NCBI RefSeq assembly: GCF_018350175.1
Contig: NC_058382.1
Span: 17,794,001-17,858,000, forward strand
Length of the DNA: 64,000 nucleotides
Reading direction: 5' to 3'
Source of the DNA: Felis catus
Taxonomy: Eukaryota
Below are positions 23,501-36,100 of the stretch, one piece after another; position 1 is the first letter of the stretch, and the number at the start of each line of letters is the position of its first letter. The notes under the pieces are model-generated. The model saw only the letters and a list, made by a program, of their open reading frames with translations, did not search any database and had not been told where the DNA came from. The position numbers were made by a program, and so were the translations under genes.

Positions 23501-26285
23501 TGGAAGATTACAGTTGGGTGGCAGTGAGCAGGAGAGAGAAGGGAGGTCAACAAGAATACTGCGGGCATATCCTAGCAATGTTTAGGGCTCCTGGGGAGTA
23601 TGTGAGAGTCTCTCCATAAGGGGCCAGATGATGTAGGGTCTTGACTGCTAGGTGAGGAGCTTGGTGCTTGTTTGATGGTTTATTTATCCCATCAACAGAT
23701 AGTACGTAATGCTTACAATGTGGCAGACATCAAGACTTTCGTCCCTCATGAAGCTTGTATTTTAGAGGAAACAAAAGAGGATAGCCATAATGGGTGAACT
23801 GTATAGCTTGTTACAGGGTGCCTGGGTGGCTCAGTCGGTTAAGCATCTGACTTCAGCTCAGGTCATGGTATCATGGTTCATGAGTTTGAGCCCTGCATCG
23901 AGCTCTGTGCTGACAGCTCAGAGCCTGGAGCCTGCTTTGGATCCTGTGTCTCCCTCTCTCTCTGCCCCTCTTCTGCTTGTGCTGTCTCTCTCTCAAAAAT
24001 AAATAAACATTAAAAAAAAAAAAAACTGTACAGCTTGTTATAAAGTATTAAGTGCTATGGAGAAACACAACAAAGAATAAGGATTAGGAGTGACAGTAAG
24101 GAGGGTGGTTTGCAATGGTCAAGTCAAGCTCTACTAAGGCCAAACTGATGAAGTACATGATCAGGTTTGTGCTTTAGGAAGATGGTAATGTCAGGGTGGG
24201 GATGAAATTAAGCGGGTGAGTTAGCACAATGATGTAGGCAAGATGCTAGAGTAGTCAAAACAAGAGTGCTTCATTAAATGTGGGGTTCCTGGCCTGAGAC
24301 CTACCTGCTCGACGCAGGAACATAGCTTCTCGGGCCTCTGGACTATCCAGGTGACTCCGATCACCAGGGCCAAAGCCAACTGTTGGGATGGGAAGAGACA
24401 AGGATGGTGGGAGGAGAATCCCAGGCATCCCATTTTATCACCTTGCCTGATCCCCTGGCTCCCTCTCCACCACTCCTTACTTACCTGGACCTACAAAAGG
24501 AGGGCCACCCACCATGGGAGGAACCACTGTGGCTGCAGCAGCTGCCCGGGCCTCCAGAGTCTGTTGAACCTGTTGGGGAAGAAATTGGGGTGAGGGGCCT
24601 GACTCAGTGCCACCAAGCTGCCCTGGCTGGCTTACCCTGGGAGACCAAGGGTTTCATTCTTTGCATTCTACGTAGGGCTGGCTATCTGTCAACATTAAGT
24701 CTAAGCTAACTGTCACTTTTCAGGGAGGCTTTTGGGATCACACTAGCGAAAACTGTCCTCAGCCCCTCCCAGGAGCAACTCATCTTGTTATCCTGTTTCA
24801 TCTTCCTCAACGCATCTCACACTATCTGAAGTTATGTCCAGCCTGTCTTTCTCATCTCCCATGCTACCACCCTGGTCCAAGCTATCATTATCTCTTGCCT
24901 AGATTATTATGGTAGCCTCTTCAGTCTCCTCGACTCTGCCCTAGCCCCCTTACAGTCTGTTCTCCAAACACAGCCATGATTAATTTCTAAGTTGGACCCT
25001 ATTACTCCTCTGCTCAAAATCCTTCCACAGCCTCCCACCAAAGTCTTTAAGGTGGCCCACAAGGCCCTACCAGGTCTTATCTCTATCACCTCTCTGTCCT
25101 CACCTCTTCCCACTCTCCCCGTTGCTCGCTGTACTCTAGCCATACTTTTCTCTGCTCTTCTTTGAACATGTCAGGGATGCACCTGTGTCACAGCCCTTGC
25201 ACTGGCAGTTCTCTCCACTGGGAATGCTCTTCCACCAGATATCTCCATGGTTCCCCGTATCATGTCCTTTGTATCTTTGCTTAACTGTCACCTCCTCAGA
25301 AAGGCCTTCCCTGACCATGCTGATAAACCTCTGCTTTTCTTACTCTTTGACCTGTCACTCCCCAGTGCAATGTAAGCTACAAAAAGATAGTGATTTTTTT
25401 TTAGTCTATATTGTTCTCTGCTATGTGCTTAATGCCTAGAACAGTGCCTGGTGCATAGAAGGCACCCCATAATTATTTATTGACAGAATGAACCAGTTTC
25501 ATTTATTTGTCTTCTTTTTAGTAGTCTCCCTCTGCACTAGTTATATACAACTTACTATTGAGCATGTGAATGTGACTAATGAGACTGAGGAACTACTGAA
25601 CTTCAATGTAAACTTAAATAGATACAGAACATTTTCATCATTGCAGACAACTTTCTGGACAACAGGCTTTAGAATATAAGCTCCCAAAGGGCTGAGGTAT
25701 TGTTTGCTTTAGTTGTTACTATGTTCTCAATGCCTGGCACAAACATTGTGTTCAAGCACTGTGCTCAGCTCAGTCGTACCTGCTGATAAGTGTTGGTTGC
25801 GATAATTGGGCGGATCACAGGAGCTGCTGGGACCTGCATCGCTTCTACCGTGGGGACCGTGGGCACCGCAGGCACAGCAGTCGGGATGCCGGTTACTGGA
25901 GCCCCCAGAACTTCCTGCTCAAACCTGAGGAGGCAAGACCAACAACACCACTCAGGACCTTCCATTAATTCTGAAACGTTGGGTACACCGCGATAAAGCC
26001 TTCACCCCTGCCAATCTCTTCTTACTCCCGCCCGCACAATCCCGAAGGTCCCATTTCCCCATGATAGAGCCATATCGGGATAAATGCGGCCTGGAGGCTC
26101 CAGGGCTCGGTGGCTCTGACTCTGAGGGCTTTTATCGCGCCTTGCCAAGGGCCTTACAGAGCCATCTCCGCCTCCATCTCCTTCAGGCGTTCCTCTCCGC
26201 TCTTGCCCGGCATGCCGGCGCCAGGGCCCGGGACCACAGGTCCTCCTGCACCCGGGAGTCCCGGGGCTGGCCCCGCCCCGGCCAT
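18352..26285 (-). CDS. RBM42: RNA-binding motif protein 42; CDS join(26285-26158, 25924-25780, 24569-24485, 24379-24305, [exon 5 presumed in gap 22390-22554], 22361-22186, 21749-21417, 21085-20968, 18751-18557, 18464-18352)
   Basis: MAGAGPAPGLPGAGGPVVPGPGAGMPGKSGEERLKEMEAEMALFEQEVLG..., a Pro/Ala-rich middle, the RRM DDFRIFCGDLGNEVNDDILARAFSRFPSFLKAKVIRDKRTGKTKGYGFVSF and the C-terminus KKQKEKKKLGLR*. All visible junctions are GT-AG. Confidence 0.96.
19971..20210 (-). mobile_element. SINEC_Fc SINE
   Basis: TSD cagaatgccacttt at 19960 and 20211. Confidence 0.93.
20430..20660 (+). mobile_element. Can-SINE with (CT)n expansion at ~20543-20592
   Basis: SINE head ggggcgcctgggtggctcag, long CT run, aataaataaa tail. 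Confidence 0.9.
22390..22554. other. Assembly gap (165 N) in RBM42, where exon 5 is expected
   Basis: N run 28 nt upstream of the exon 6 acceptor. No exon 5 sequence was found elsewhere between exons 4 and 6. Confidence 0.9.
23816..24024 (+). mobile_element. SINEC_Fc SINE
   Basis: TSD aactgta(t/c)agcttgtta flanks the element. Confidence 0.92.
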
Positions 26286-26339
26286 CGCTGCTGCCGTCGC
26301 TGTCGCCGCTACTACCGCCTCGGCTCAGCGGCCTCCACC

Positions 26340-26725
26340 AGTTCCGCTGTCTACTCTCTAGTCTTGTCGGGTTGGGCGCCCTCGAATGACGTATCAGCGA
26401 AAGCGACGGGCGCTGATGCATGACATCATACGCCAACGGGGTCTCGCCTTCGGAGCAAGGCCAATGAGAATCTGGCCACACCTGGAGGGCCCACCCCTAG
26501 AAGGAATATAGACCAATCAGAGTGCGGGAAAAACAAACCAATGAAGAGCCTGGGTCTAAGTAAGTGAAGGCAAATGAGGTGGCCACGCCTTCATTGGAGG
26601 AACGAAGGCTAATGAGAGCGCTGTAAAGTAGTTGGCCCCGTCCCTACAGAGGAAACTGGGCCTTTGAGAGCTCAGAAAAGTTTGGAGGCCCCGCCTGTGC
26701 CACTGAAGCTCGTTCCGGAAGTTTT
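26340..26725 (-). promoter_or_regulatory. RBM42 CpG-island promoter with multiple CCAAT boxes, CRE-like and ETS sites
   Basis: CCAAT at 26461, 26513 and 26538, ATTGG at 26593, TGACGT 26387-26392, TGACATCA 26421-26428, CCGGAAGT 26715-26722. Confidence 0.7.
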
Positions 26726-27317
26726 AAAATGCATCGAAGTCCGCGTCAGCCCAGGGATGTTTGAGGCTGGAGACTGCTGAATACCGTAGCCTTCCCAACT
26801 GGGATAGACTGACACCGGTGACTCCCAGAAAAACCAGGAACAGGATGTGGGAAGCTCATAGGGGGCGCCTGACCTTCTCCTGGAGGAGAAGGTAACACCT
26901 GACGACTTCTTGCTAGATGAAAATGGAGAGAGATGGGAGGAATCGTAAAGGCCTAGAGTAGTAGAATGCGGCAACTCAGAAAGTCGTGTGTAGGTTTGGT
27001 CTCTGTGTCCTTTCTTGGGACACAGCTGACCCCTCCTTTTCTTCCTAGTCCTCAATAGGTTTCATTATGAATATTTAAAATACACAACACTAGAGAAGAA
27101 TATAACGAGCTTCCATGTACCTCTCAACAATTACTAATATTCTACCTTGTTTCATCTATACTTCTCCTCCCTCTTCTTGTTGGAGTATATTAAAGCAAAT
27201 TCCAGACATCAATTCCTCCACAAATACTTCATGATGTGTGTCTTAACAGATAAGGCCTATTTTCACGCCCAAGAAAATTAATTTCTGATTTCGTTCTCGG
27301 ATTTCGGTGCGCGCGCG

Positions 27318-27352
27318 CACACACACACGCACACACACACACGCACACACAC
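27318..27352. repeat. (CG)n(CA)n compound microsatellite
   Basis: gtgcgcgcgcgcacacacacacgcacacacacacgcacacacac, direct reading. Confidence 0.9.
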
Positions 27353-27379
27353 AGGGAAAAAATTAACTTTTTTGGTGTC

Positions 27380-28265
27380 ATCTTACACCCAGACTGTTCA
27401 ATTTTCTCTGCCTCAAAAAATTTGTATAAAATCAGGCTACAAATAAGGTATGCACATTGGGTTTGATTGGTTGGTCGGTCTTTTTTTTTCTGTCAAAACT
27501 TTTGTTGGCTGTCTTGGTTTCTTGAAGTTCCAAGATTAAATCAGCACTAATGAATGATTTGTTAAAATACTGGCTTTTGTTTGCTTCTTTACAATGGATG
27601 TGATAAGAGAATAGGACGCTTTTTCTTTTTTAACATTATCATTAACTAGAGTCCATACTTTGATTTTCTTAGTGTTTAAGCTCTTCTGTTCGTTCATTGC
27701 ATCCAGGATACATTGCATGTAGTTGTCATATTTTCTTAGGCTTCTCTTGCCGGTGACAATTGTTCACACTTGTTTTTCATGAATTTGTTAGTTTTGAGGA
27801 GTACTGGTCAGGTATTTTGTAGAATGTTCCTCGTTTGGGATCTGTTATTTTCCTCATCATTAGGCTGGGGTTATGCATTTTGTGGGGGTGAGGGGAAAGG
27901 CTGCAGAAGTAAAGTGAAGTTCTCATCATGTCATATCAAAGGTACATTTTATCAACATGACTGTTGGTGTTAACTTTGATCTCCCAGCTGGGGTACCATT
28001 TGTCAGGTTTCTCCACTATACTTTTCTTTTTACTCCCTTTCCATGCTCTTTGGAAGGAAGTCACTATGCCCAGCCTACACTTAAGGGGTGGAGAGTTAAA
28101 TTCCACCTCCTTGAGAATGGAATGTTTACGTAAATTATTTGTAATTCTTCTGCACAGATTTGTCTATTCTCCTTTTATTACATCTTTTTTATCAGTATGG
28201 ACTCCTATTTTATACTTTGGGTTATAATTCAGTATTACTTTATTTTGTTGCTCAAATTGTTCCAA
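27380..28265 (-). mobile_element. Old L1M-type (L1MC/MD-like) 3' region fragments
   Basis: T-rich degraded sequence with motifs typical of ancient mammalian L1 3' UTR (gaggagtactggtcaggtattttgtagaatg). Confidence 0.55.
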
Positions 28266-28284
28266 TTTTAAAATCTTAAGTCTT

Positions 28285-28456
28285 GGGGTGTCTGGGTGGC
28301 TCAGTCAGTTAAGCGTTGGACTCGTGACTTTGGCTTAGGCCATGATTTCAAGACTCGTGAGTTTGAGCCCCACATTGGGCTCCACACTGACATTACATAG
28401 CCTGCTTGGGATTCTTTCCCTCCTGCTCTCATTTGCACGCTCTCTCAAAATAATCT
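28285..28456 (+). mobile_element. Older Can-SINE
   Basis: ggggtgtctgggtggctcagtcagttaagcg head, TSD-like tttaaaatctt. Confidence 0.85.
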
Positions 28457-30134
28457 TTAAAATCTTGTCTTTTAGTCTATAAATTTCCCTCCCTCTGCCT
28501 TTTTCTACCTTCCTTCCTTCCTTCTACCCTTTCCTTCTTTTTCTTGTTTTTATGTTTTCATCAGTAATTCCCCTTACTGCGTCTGGATTTTGAATTATAT
28601 TTAGGCAAGTTTGCCCAACTTCTAGTTTATAGAGAACTTCACCTTCGTGGAACTCATATTCTGTTTGGAAGACAATAAAGGATAAATAAAGTAGAACATA
28701 AAGTATATTAGAAGACGTACTCCAGAGAAAGATTAAGCAGGGAGGGGGGGCAAGGGCCCCCCGTGTTCAGTCTTGGCTAAGAGCCAAGACGAAGAGAGGA
28801 GGGGAACACTAAGGTGGCACATGGTAAAGCCAACATGTTAAAGACACAAAGATGTCAAATCTCCCTCATTTGTAAACTCCCTGCAACCCCGATAAAACCC
28901 CCATCTGTGTATTTTTTCTGGAACCAGGTAAGTTGGGTATAAAGTTATTTCATTTTGGAAAAAAAATTAGCAAGAGGGAAACCTTGAAAAATTAGAGCAA
29001 GACAGCAACCAGCCATTTCAGATACTAAAACATATTTCAAAATCTTTATAATCAAAACACTGTGGGGATGGCATATGAGAGTCAGACAGACAATAGGCTT
29101 GGAGAGAGTCCAAATATAGCCTGATTAATCATGGAAACTTAGCTTATGAAGAGGTGGCATCTCAGATCACCCGAAGTTTTACTTTATATAGGTGGGTAGT
29201 TGTACTCTATAAATTGAAGAATAATTTACAGTGAAATGCACAGATCTAAAAAGTATAGCTAGATGGGTTCTGACACCTACCCTTATTACCTTCAACATAT
29301 AATCCACTTCCAACTCTACAAAGTTCCCTTGTCTCCTCCTTGGTTGATCCCTGCTACCCACCTCTCCTTCAGAGGCAACAACTGCTCTGAGAATTTTAAG
29401 AAGTGCTATTGGGATACATGTAAAATATGACAAAATTGGATCCATTTGGATAAATGCCAAATGACTTCAGAGATTTAGATGTAAAAAAAGGAAACTACAT
29501 AAAAACTAGAAGACAACCCCCCGCCCCCCGCCCCTGCCCCGTCTCCTTGACCCTCACACTGGCATGTTCGAGCTCAGGACTGTTGCTAAGCTGCAACCTC
29601 CCTCCCACCCCTGACCCCCACAAGCCCTCCTCAGACACCCACATGCTTCCCTCTCATTACCTTTACAGAGTGCGTGTGGCCTTCTATGTAAAGTTGCACC
29701 TCTTTACAGCTTGCTTTATTTTTCTCCAGAGCAGTTACCTCCCAACATACTAGATATTTTGCCCACTTAACTTGCCAGGGGTCCATTTCCCTGTCCTAGA
29801 ATAACAGCTTCCTGAAGTCTGGGACTTCTGTCCATTTCGTTCAGTGCTGGATCCTCAGTGTTTAGGGCAGGTGCTCAATGACGTTTTGCTAAGGGTGAAA
29901 GTGATGAGGGGAGTTTCAGGGGGACTTAGGGTGGGGTCCAGATAGCCCACTGCCTTGGCTTTGATGGGATGAAAGGACAGGTGCAAGGCAATCGAGAGGA
30001 ATAGAACAGCCTGTGAGGGGGACAGCAAGTGTGGGTAGAGACGGTGGGTTGATATATCTGGGCGATGCTCCCTTCCAAAGGTCTTATGATGGGGTGAACG
30101 AACGAAGCTCTTGAGTTCTGTTGGGGCCCCCTTT

Positions 30135-33100
30135 TCATCTGCACAGTTGTTGCAGGATGCCTTGGGCCTGGACCCAGCGCAGCCGCCACTGGGGCAGGGA
30201 CAGGCCCTGGCAGAGCTCCCCGGACAGGGCGGCTTGGCCTGGCTGCTCCCACCTGGGGAAAGGGGACAGTGTCACAGGGAAGGCCCGGGACTCTAGACAC
30301 TCAGTGGCCTCCACACCCCACCCCCCCAACACCTCCTCCCCTGCCTGCACCCCCAGGTCCTGCCCGGTCCACCCAGCTCAGGACCCTGCCCCCACCATCG
30401 TGCCCCCGTCTCACCAGTCCCCAACAACCCCCTGTAGCTCGGGGATTCGCTCCAGCGCTTGTTTCAGCAGGTTCTCCAGCTGCTTCAGAGCCTGTCCCAG
30501 ATTCTCTTTCTGCTCCTTTTCCCGAGCTGCCCGGATCTGTAGCAGCTCTGCAGGTGAGAAACCCAGGAGGCAGTGCTGAGTCCTCTGGCTCCTGGGGTCT
30601 CACAGCCAATGGGTCACCAAGTCTCCAGTCACCTAGTGTTGACCTCACCTCTCCCACACCTCTCCTTCCTCCCACTTCCTCATCTCAAGGGCAAGCCCCC
30701 CATCCCCCAAGCTTCATCCCGGATACCTTCCTCCCTCTAGGACAGACCATCAATCTTCTCGGCCCATCCTTCAGCTTCCTCCCCCTTCCCCCCTTCCCTA
30801 CTCACCCCCCAGCCTCCCTCCTATGCTCCAGGCCTCAGCCTCCAATTCTGGTCCATGCCTCTGGTACATGGCAGCCAGAATGATCTTCCTAAGGCATAAA
30901 CCTGATCCTTTCCCTCTCCTGCATGGAACCCTCCAAGGCCCCCCAGTACCCCCAAGAGAGAGTCTGAGCTCCTCAGGCCAGTACTTGAGGGTTTGCACTA
31001 TGTGACCTCTGCTACTATCAGCCCTCACCTATCCCTCTGGGCCCATTCGAGACACCACTTTCCCCCTGGAAGCCCTTCCCAGCGTTCCCCACCCCAAGGC
31101 TTCCTCCTCAGACTGCTGTAGGTTCACTCCAACAGTGTTGCCCTGGAGACTATGACTGGGTCTAGTCCCTCTCCATAGGCCCAAACAGGCCCATCTCAGA
31201 GCAAGTACAGATCAGCATTGTGGTCAGAGCCCTTGGGCCTGAATCCTGACTCCATTCCATCCTTGCCTTCTGACCTCAGGCATGACATGTGCCCTTTCTT
31301 CAGCCACTTCTGCAGTCAGGTGTAACTGAGCCACAGGCTAGCAGGGCAGGCTGCAGACTGGGGCACTCTGAAGCAGAACCTACAAGGCTTGTTGACAGGT
31401 TGAAGGTGGGGGGGCGGCTTAGGGACCTGGGAGGAATTAGGATGACTCCTGGATTGCTGACCTCAGTAAGGAGGGTGAGGTCACTTTTTGAGGGAAGGAA
31501 ACCAGGCAGAAGAAAAACAAAACTGCTTTTCAGAACAGGGGGAACTATGCTCTGTTACAGACATGCTAAAGCCCAAGATGCCCATGAGGTGCGATGATAC
31601 TGTGCCAGTCTTAGGCTGCTCCCGACACAGCTCCCTGTCACTGGAGGGGGAGGCAGGGAGCCTGAAACTCAAAGGCCCGAAAATGGCCTCTTCCTGCTTT
31701 GCTGATGGCACCTCGGTTCATTTCTCATCAATACACCTCTTCCACCTATTTATCCTTTGATTCTGCGCTCTTTGCTTCTACCGCTGGGACCCTGGGGCTG
31801 GACAGCTCGGGCGTCCTCTCCCCATTGAGCTCGGGGGGCCAGTAGCAACCCAGCAAGTGCTAGCTGAGGGAATCTAGTGATGAACAACTTTTCCGAGTTT
31901 CAGTATTTTCATCTGTAAATTGGTCTTAATAATCTCTACCCTTATGGTAAGGACTGAAAGAGACTCCACATGTGCAGACAAAAAGATCGCAACCACACCA
32001 GAGACGCATAGCGCTTACTGTATGCTGTGCATTGTTCAGTGCCCTGTTTGGGTAACCGGACTGAGTCTTTGCAGCAACTCTGTAAGGTGCTATGATTATG
32101 CTTACTCCACTGAGGAGGAAACTGAGGCACAAAGAGATCACACAGCAGGGAATAGGTAGGGCTAAGAAGAGTTTAACTCCACAGCCTAGCTTTTAACTAC
32201 TCAAGTATCCTATTGGATGGTGATACATGAGAACTTTGCAATTTGACAGGCAGTGTCACCTGGTTAGGAGTACAGACACATGTCAGACTGCCTGGATTTA
32301 AATCCTAGCTCTGCTACCTAAGCAGCCACCAAGGCCTCCTGTCTTAGTTCTTGCCTCTGTAAATGGGGCAAATGGCAGTGCTAACCCCATGGGGCTGCTG
32401 TGCAGATGAAAGCCGTGAACATGCTTAAAGCTGACTCAGCACACAGTAGGCACTGTGTCAGCACTGAGTGTTTGTGATTTCTTCTGGAGGCTGATGGCCC
32501 TGGGAATGGGCAGGAATGCCACTTGTGAAGGCAAGGCCTTACCCTGGGTGGATGGTCCTGGGGGCAGGCTGGTCTTCATGTGGAGCAGATCCCAGGACCG
32601 GAGACTCTGCTGGTCCTGGAGAAACAGAAGTTCCTGACGAAGAGAGGCAGCCTTTGGGAGGAGCAGTTCTGGAGCCTGGAGGGAGGGGGAAGGACAGTCA
32701 TTTTGGGAGGGGGTAGGAGTGGGAAGACAGGTCCTAGGGGACAGAAACTCACCTTCCCTGCAGGCAGCCCCAATCTGTGGCTCAGCACTATGAGGCTGGA
32801 GCTCCTTGGGGATGTGGGATGCAGCTGGTAGATGGATGGCAGGACCGTGGGCAGGGGCTGTAACCTGGAGGGAAAGTCCAGGTTGGGTGGGGCACTGGGA
32901 GGAGGCTTGGGTTCCAGAGGTTCCGGGGGCTGAGAGGTGGGCTCAGGAGGCCCAGGAACTTGGAGGTGGGTCTGGGCACTAGGATTCCGGAGTTAGGACT
33001 GAGGACTTGTGGGCGAGGTCTGGCAGGTTGGGAACACTGGGGGCCTGGGATTATTTTTTTGGAGTAGAATCAGGGAGTGATAGTCATCGGTGGGAGGGGA

Positions 33101-36100
33101 TATAAGGGGTGGCTCCAGTCTTACCCTCCAGGGCTGTGCCGAAGCAAGGTGTCCAACAGAAGGTGGGGAAGATGCCGGGCTTCCTCCTCCAGACAATGAA
33201 GCAGTTTCTGGGACTGTGGTGCCACCGCTTCAGATGTGGGGACCACTTTTCGCTGAAGCAGAGCCAGTACCTGTGGGGAAGGAAAGGGATGGGAAGGGCA
33301 GCCTGGAGCCACCCAGCCCCACCTGTAGGAGCCCTAGCCCTACCCAGACTTTGCCTCAACTCCCGTCTCACCTCTGCAGGGCTCCGGCACAGGCGCGTCT
33401 TGCTGGCTGAGTTGCCTTTGATGAGCAGGCGGATCTGTTCCTGTGTCTCCTCCTGGGTAACCATGAGGCCACTGAGATGGGCTGCTTTTACTTCCTACCT
33501 CCCAGCTTCTGGCCCTGCCTGCCCCTTTGTACAGGTCCTGTTTCCTCTTGGAAGACTCATCCTGGGCCCCTCCCCACCACCAGAGGCCCAGTTCTGGATC
33601 CTAAGGCTCCCAGCCTCTCTCTGGCCCTCCATGCAGCACCCCCACTTCCCCTGAGGCCCGCCTCTCACCACCAGCCGGCGCCAGTGCAGGATCCGTTGCT
33701 GTTTGGCCTGTAGCTCCTGTAGCAGAAGCTGCCGGCGCCCAGCCACCTCCTCCAGCTCCTGGCTCTGAGCACGCAGGGCCTTGAGCTCTGCCCACAGGCC
33801 ACAGCCTCGGAGTCCCAGCACCAATGCCTGCCTGGGGCGCAAGCAGAAGAGGGCAAGGGAGAGGAAGGTGACTAAGACTCATAGTGGAAGAGGGAAATCA
33901 GATCTATGAGGATGCACAAGGAGCCACAAGCACGGACACAAACCAGAAGAGCAGGGAGGCAGAGCTGGGAGCCACAGGGGCAGAAAAAGTCCAGTATTCT
34001 GAGACTTCTGGGAGAGAGATGGCCTAGAGTCTCTGCTGAGAGAGCCCCCTCACCTCTCGCTGGATTCCAGGGCACATTTCTTCACCTCCTCCATCAGGCC
34101 TTGGAGGCGCTGGGTCAGGATTTGATGCTCCTTCAGCAGGGGGCCCCGCTGTGCAATCAGCATACCCACGTCCCGCCAGCCCTCCTGGGGCAGGGGTATA
34201 AAGTCAGGGTGGGTATGATCCCTGGGGGTGAGGGGATTAACTGGGGCTTGGGATGGGAAGGAGATGGAATCCTGGGAAGGATGCCTGGGGGTCACCTGGA
34301 TGAGATGCACCATGGACGGCAGGGCCCGGCTGGAGTCTGGCTGGTCTGGTGCCTGGGACCTGGAGGTGGGATCAAACTGCTGAGGGAGGAGCCCTCTCCC
34401 CTTCCTGAGTTCTCAGGGATGGCCAATGTCAGCCCACCTGCCAGACTGATCATTGGGCTTCAGCTCCATCCCCATCAGCAGGTGGGGATGTGCCACAAGA
34501 CTGTGCCTGGCCCTGAGTCTTCTGGCTTAGCCATCCCCTGGCCCTGCCCCACCCTCAGGAGCACTCCACTTCACACCTGGTTATCTCCGTATCTTGGAGC
34601 CCATCTGGACTGCACAGGGACCGAATCTCTGCCTCCCGCTCCTCAGCCAGGTGCTCCAAGGAGGCCAGGATGTGGCCCGGAGGATGGTTTGTCAGCAGTG
34701 TCTAGTGGGGGGAAGGGTAAAGTAGGGCTGGATGGGTGTAGGGCTGTGAGCTAGGACCCATGGTGATGAGGCAGGGATCAAGAGTTAGGTTCTGGCACCC
34801 TGAGGTTCGCTCATGGGGCAGAAGGTGTGGCCTTTCCTGAAAGCCCCCCTCACCTCCACTGAGCTAAGCCACTGCTGGTAGGAAGCTCCAAAGTGGTCAT
34901 CTCGAGGGGTTCTGCAAGGTTAGGGAAGGGGACAGAGAATATTAGAAGATCATGTCAACACTCCCTCTACTGATTACCACTACCCCTAAGGTGGGGGCTA
35001 TTGTCCCTATTTTAAGGATGAGGAAACCAAGTCCATCAGGAGTCCATGCCTCCTAGACTTGAGTTCCCTGCTTATACCAACTAGCTAGACTTAGGGCCTT
35101 TCACATGTGCTATTTGTCTAGAATACTCTCTTAACCTTTTACCCTCACTAAGCCTCCTCACCAGAGAATCTGTCCTCCCTGACTCCTTAGCTGAGTAGTG
35201 TCTCCTTTGGGTACCTGGAGTTTCTCAGGCTTCCCCGCCTCCAACATCCCTAACCACCCGGTTGTCACTATCTGTGATGGATTTGTCTCTTCCTTGTCCC
35301 AACCTGGGAGCCGTCAGGGCAAGATCTGCAGCTGACATAGTCCAGAGGCTCAGTGGCTGAGGAATTAACAGATAAGTGACTCCCCCCTCAAAGCCCAGGT
35401 TCTTGGCAGGGTCTGTGGGGCCTGGATGACACTCACAGGATGCTGCCTCCCTTGGCCTGAGGAGCTAGGAGGTTCTGCAAAAATTGGGTCCGGAGGGTAC
35501 AGGCTGTTCGGACATCACCCTGGGAAAAAGAGGATGGGGCATGAGAGGAACCCAGACTGACCCACCCACCCACCTGACCCCAGACTCTCCACCTCTTTCC
35601 CCATGGCCCAGGACTCTTACCAGGACCACAGGCTCCAGTCCCAGGGATGCTGATGATAAGGGTCGAAAGGTTATATCTACTGTGGCCTTCCTGGAGAGAA
35701 AAATACAGTTGGGGTGGGGGTCCCTGGGAGAAGAGAGCTAGGAGAACAGATATCTGTGTCTCCTCCTGCTGCAAGGCTAGTTACAGGGATCAGTGAGCCT
35801 GGATCTCAGGGGCCACCTCTAAAATTAGACCACTGTCATCTCCTGGCTGTATTAGCTTCCTCACTGGCCTCTGCTCTTGGCTCCTGTGGTCTGTTTCTAT
35901 CTAGTAGTTAACGATCCTGCTAAAACCTGACACGTCATGTCACCTTTCTGCCCCAAACCCTTGAAAACAGTGTGTTTTCCCACCACATTCAGAATAGCAA
36001 CAGTGGGTATCAGAAACTCTTTTAAGCATTCTGCGTGATTTGACTCATTAATTATCATACTTACCCTATACAGTAGGTTTAACATTATCCCCATTCTACA

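Noticed and set aside
28770-28788. 8-bp inverted repeat tcttggct-aag-agccaaga
   Set aside because: Short enough to occur by chance in 64 kb, with no supporting context.
33906-34754. 282-aa plus-strand ORF (and similar 30269-30883, 21427-21801)
   Set aside because: Antisense shadows of HAUS5 and RBM42 coding exons in GC-rich DNA, with no homology recognised.
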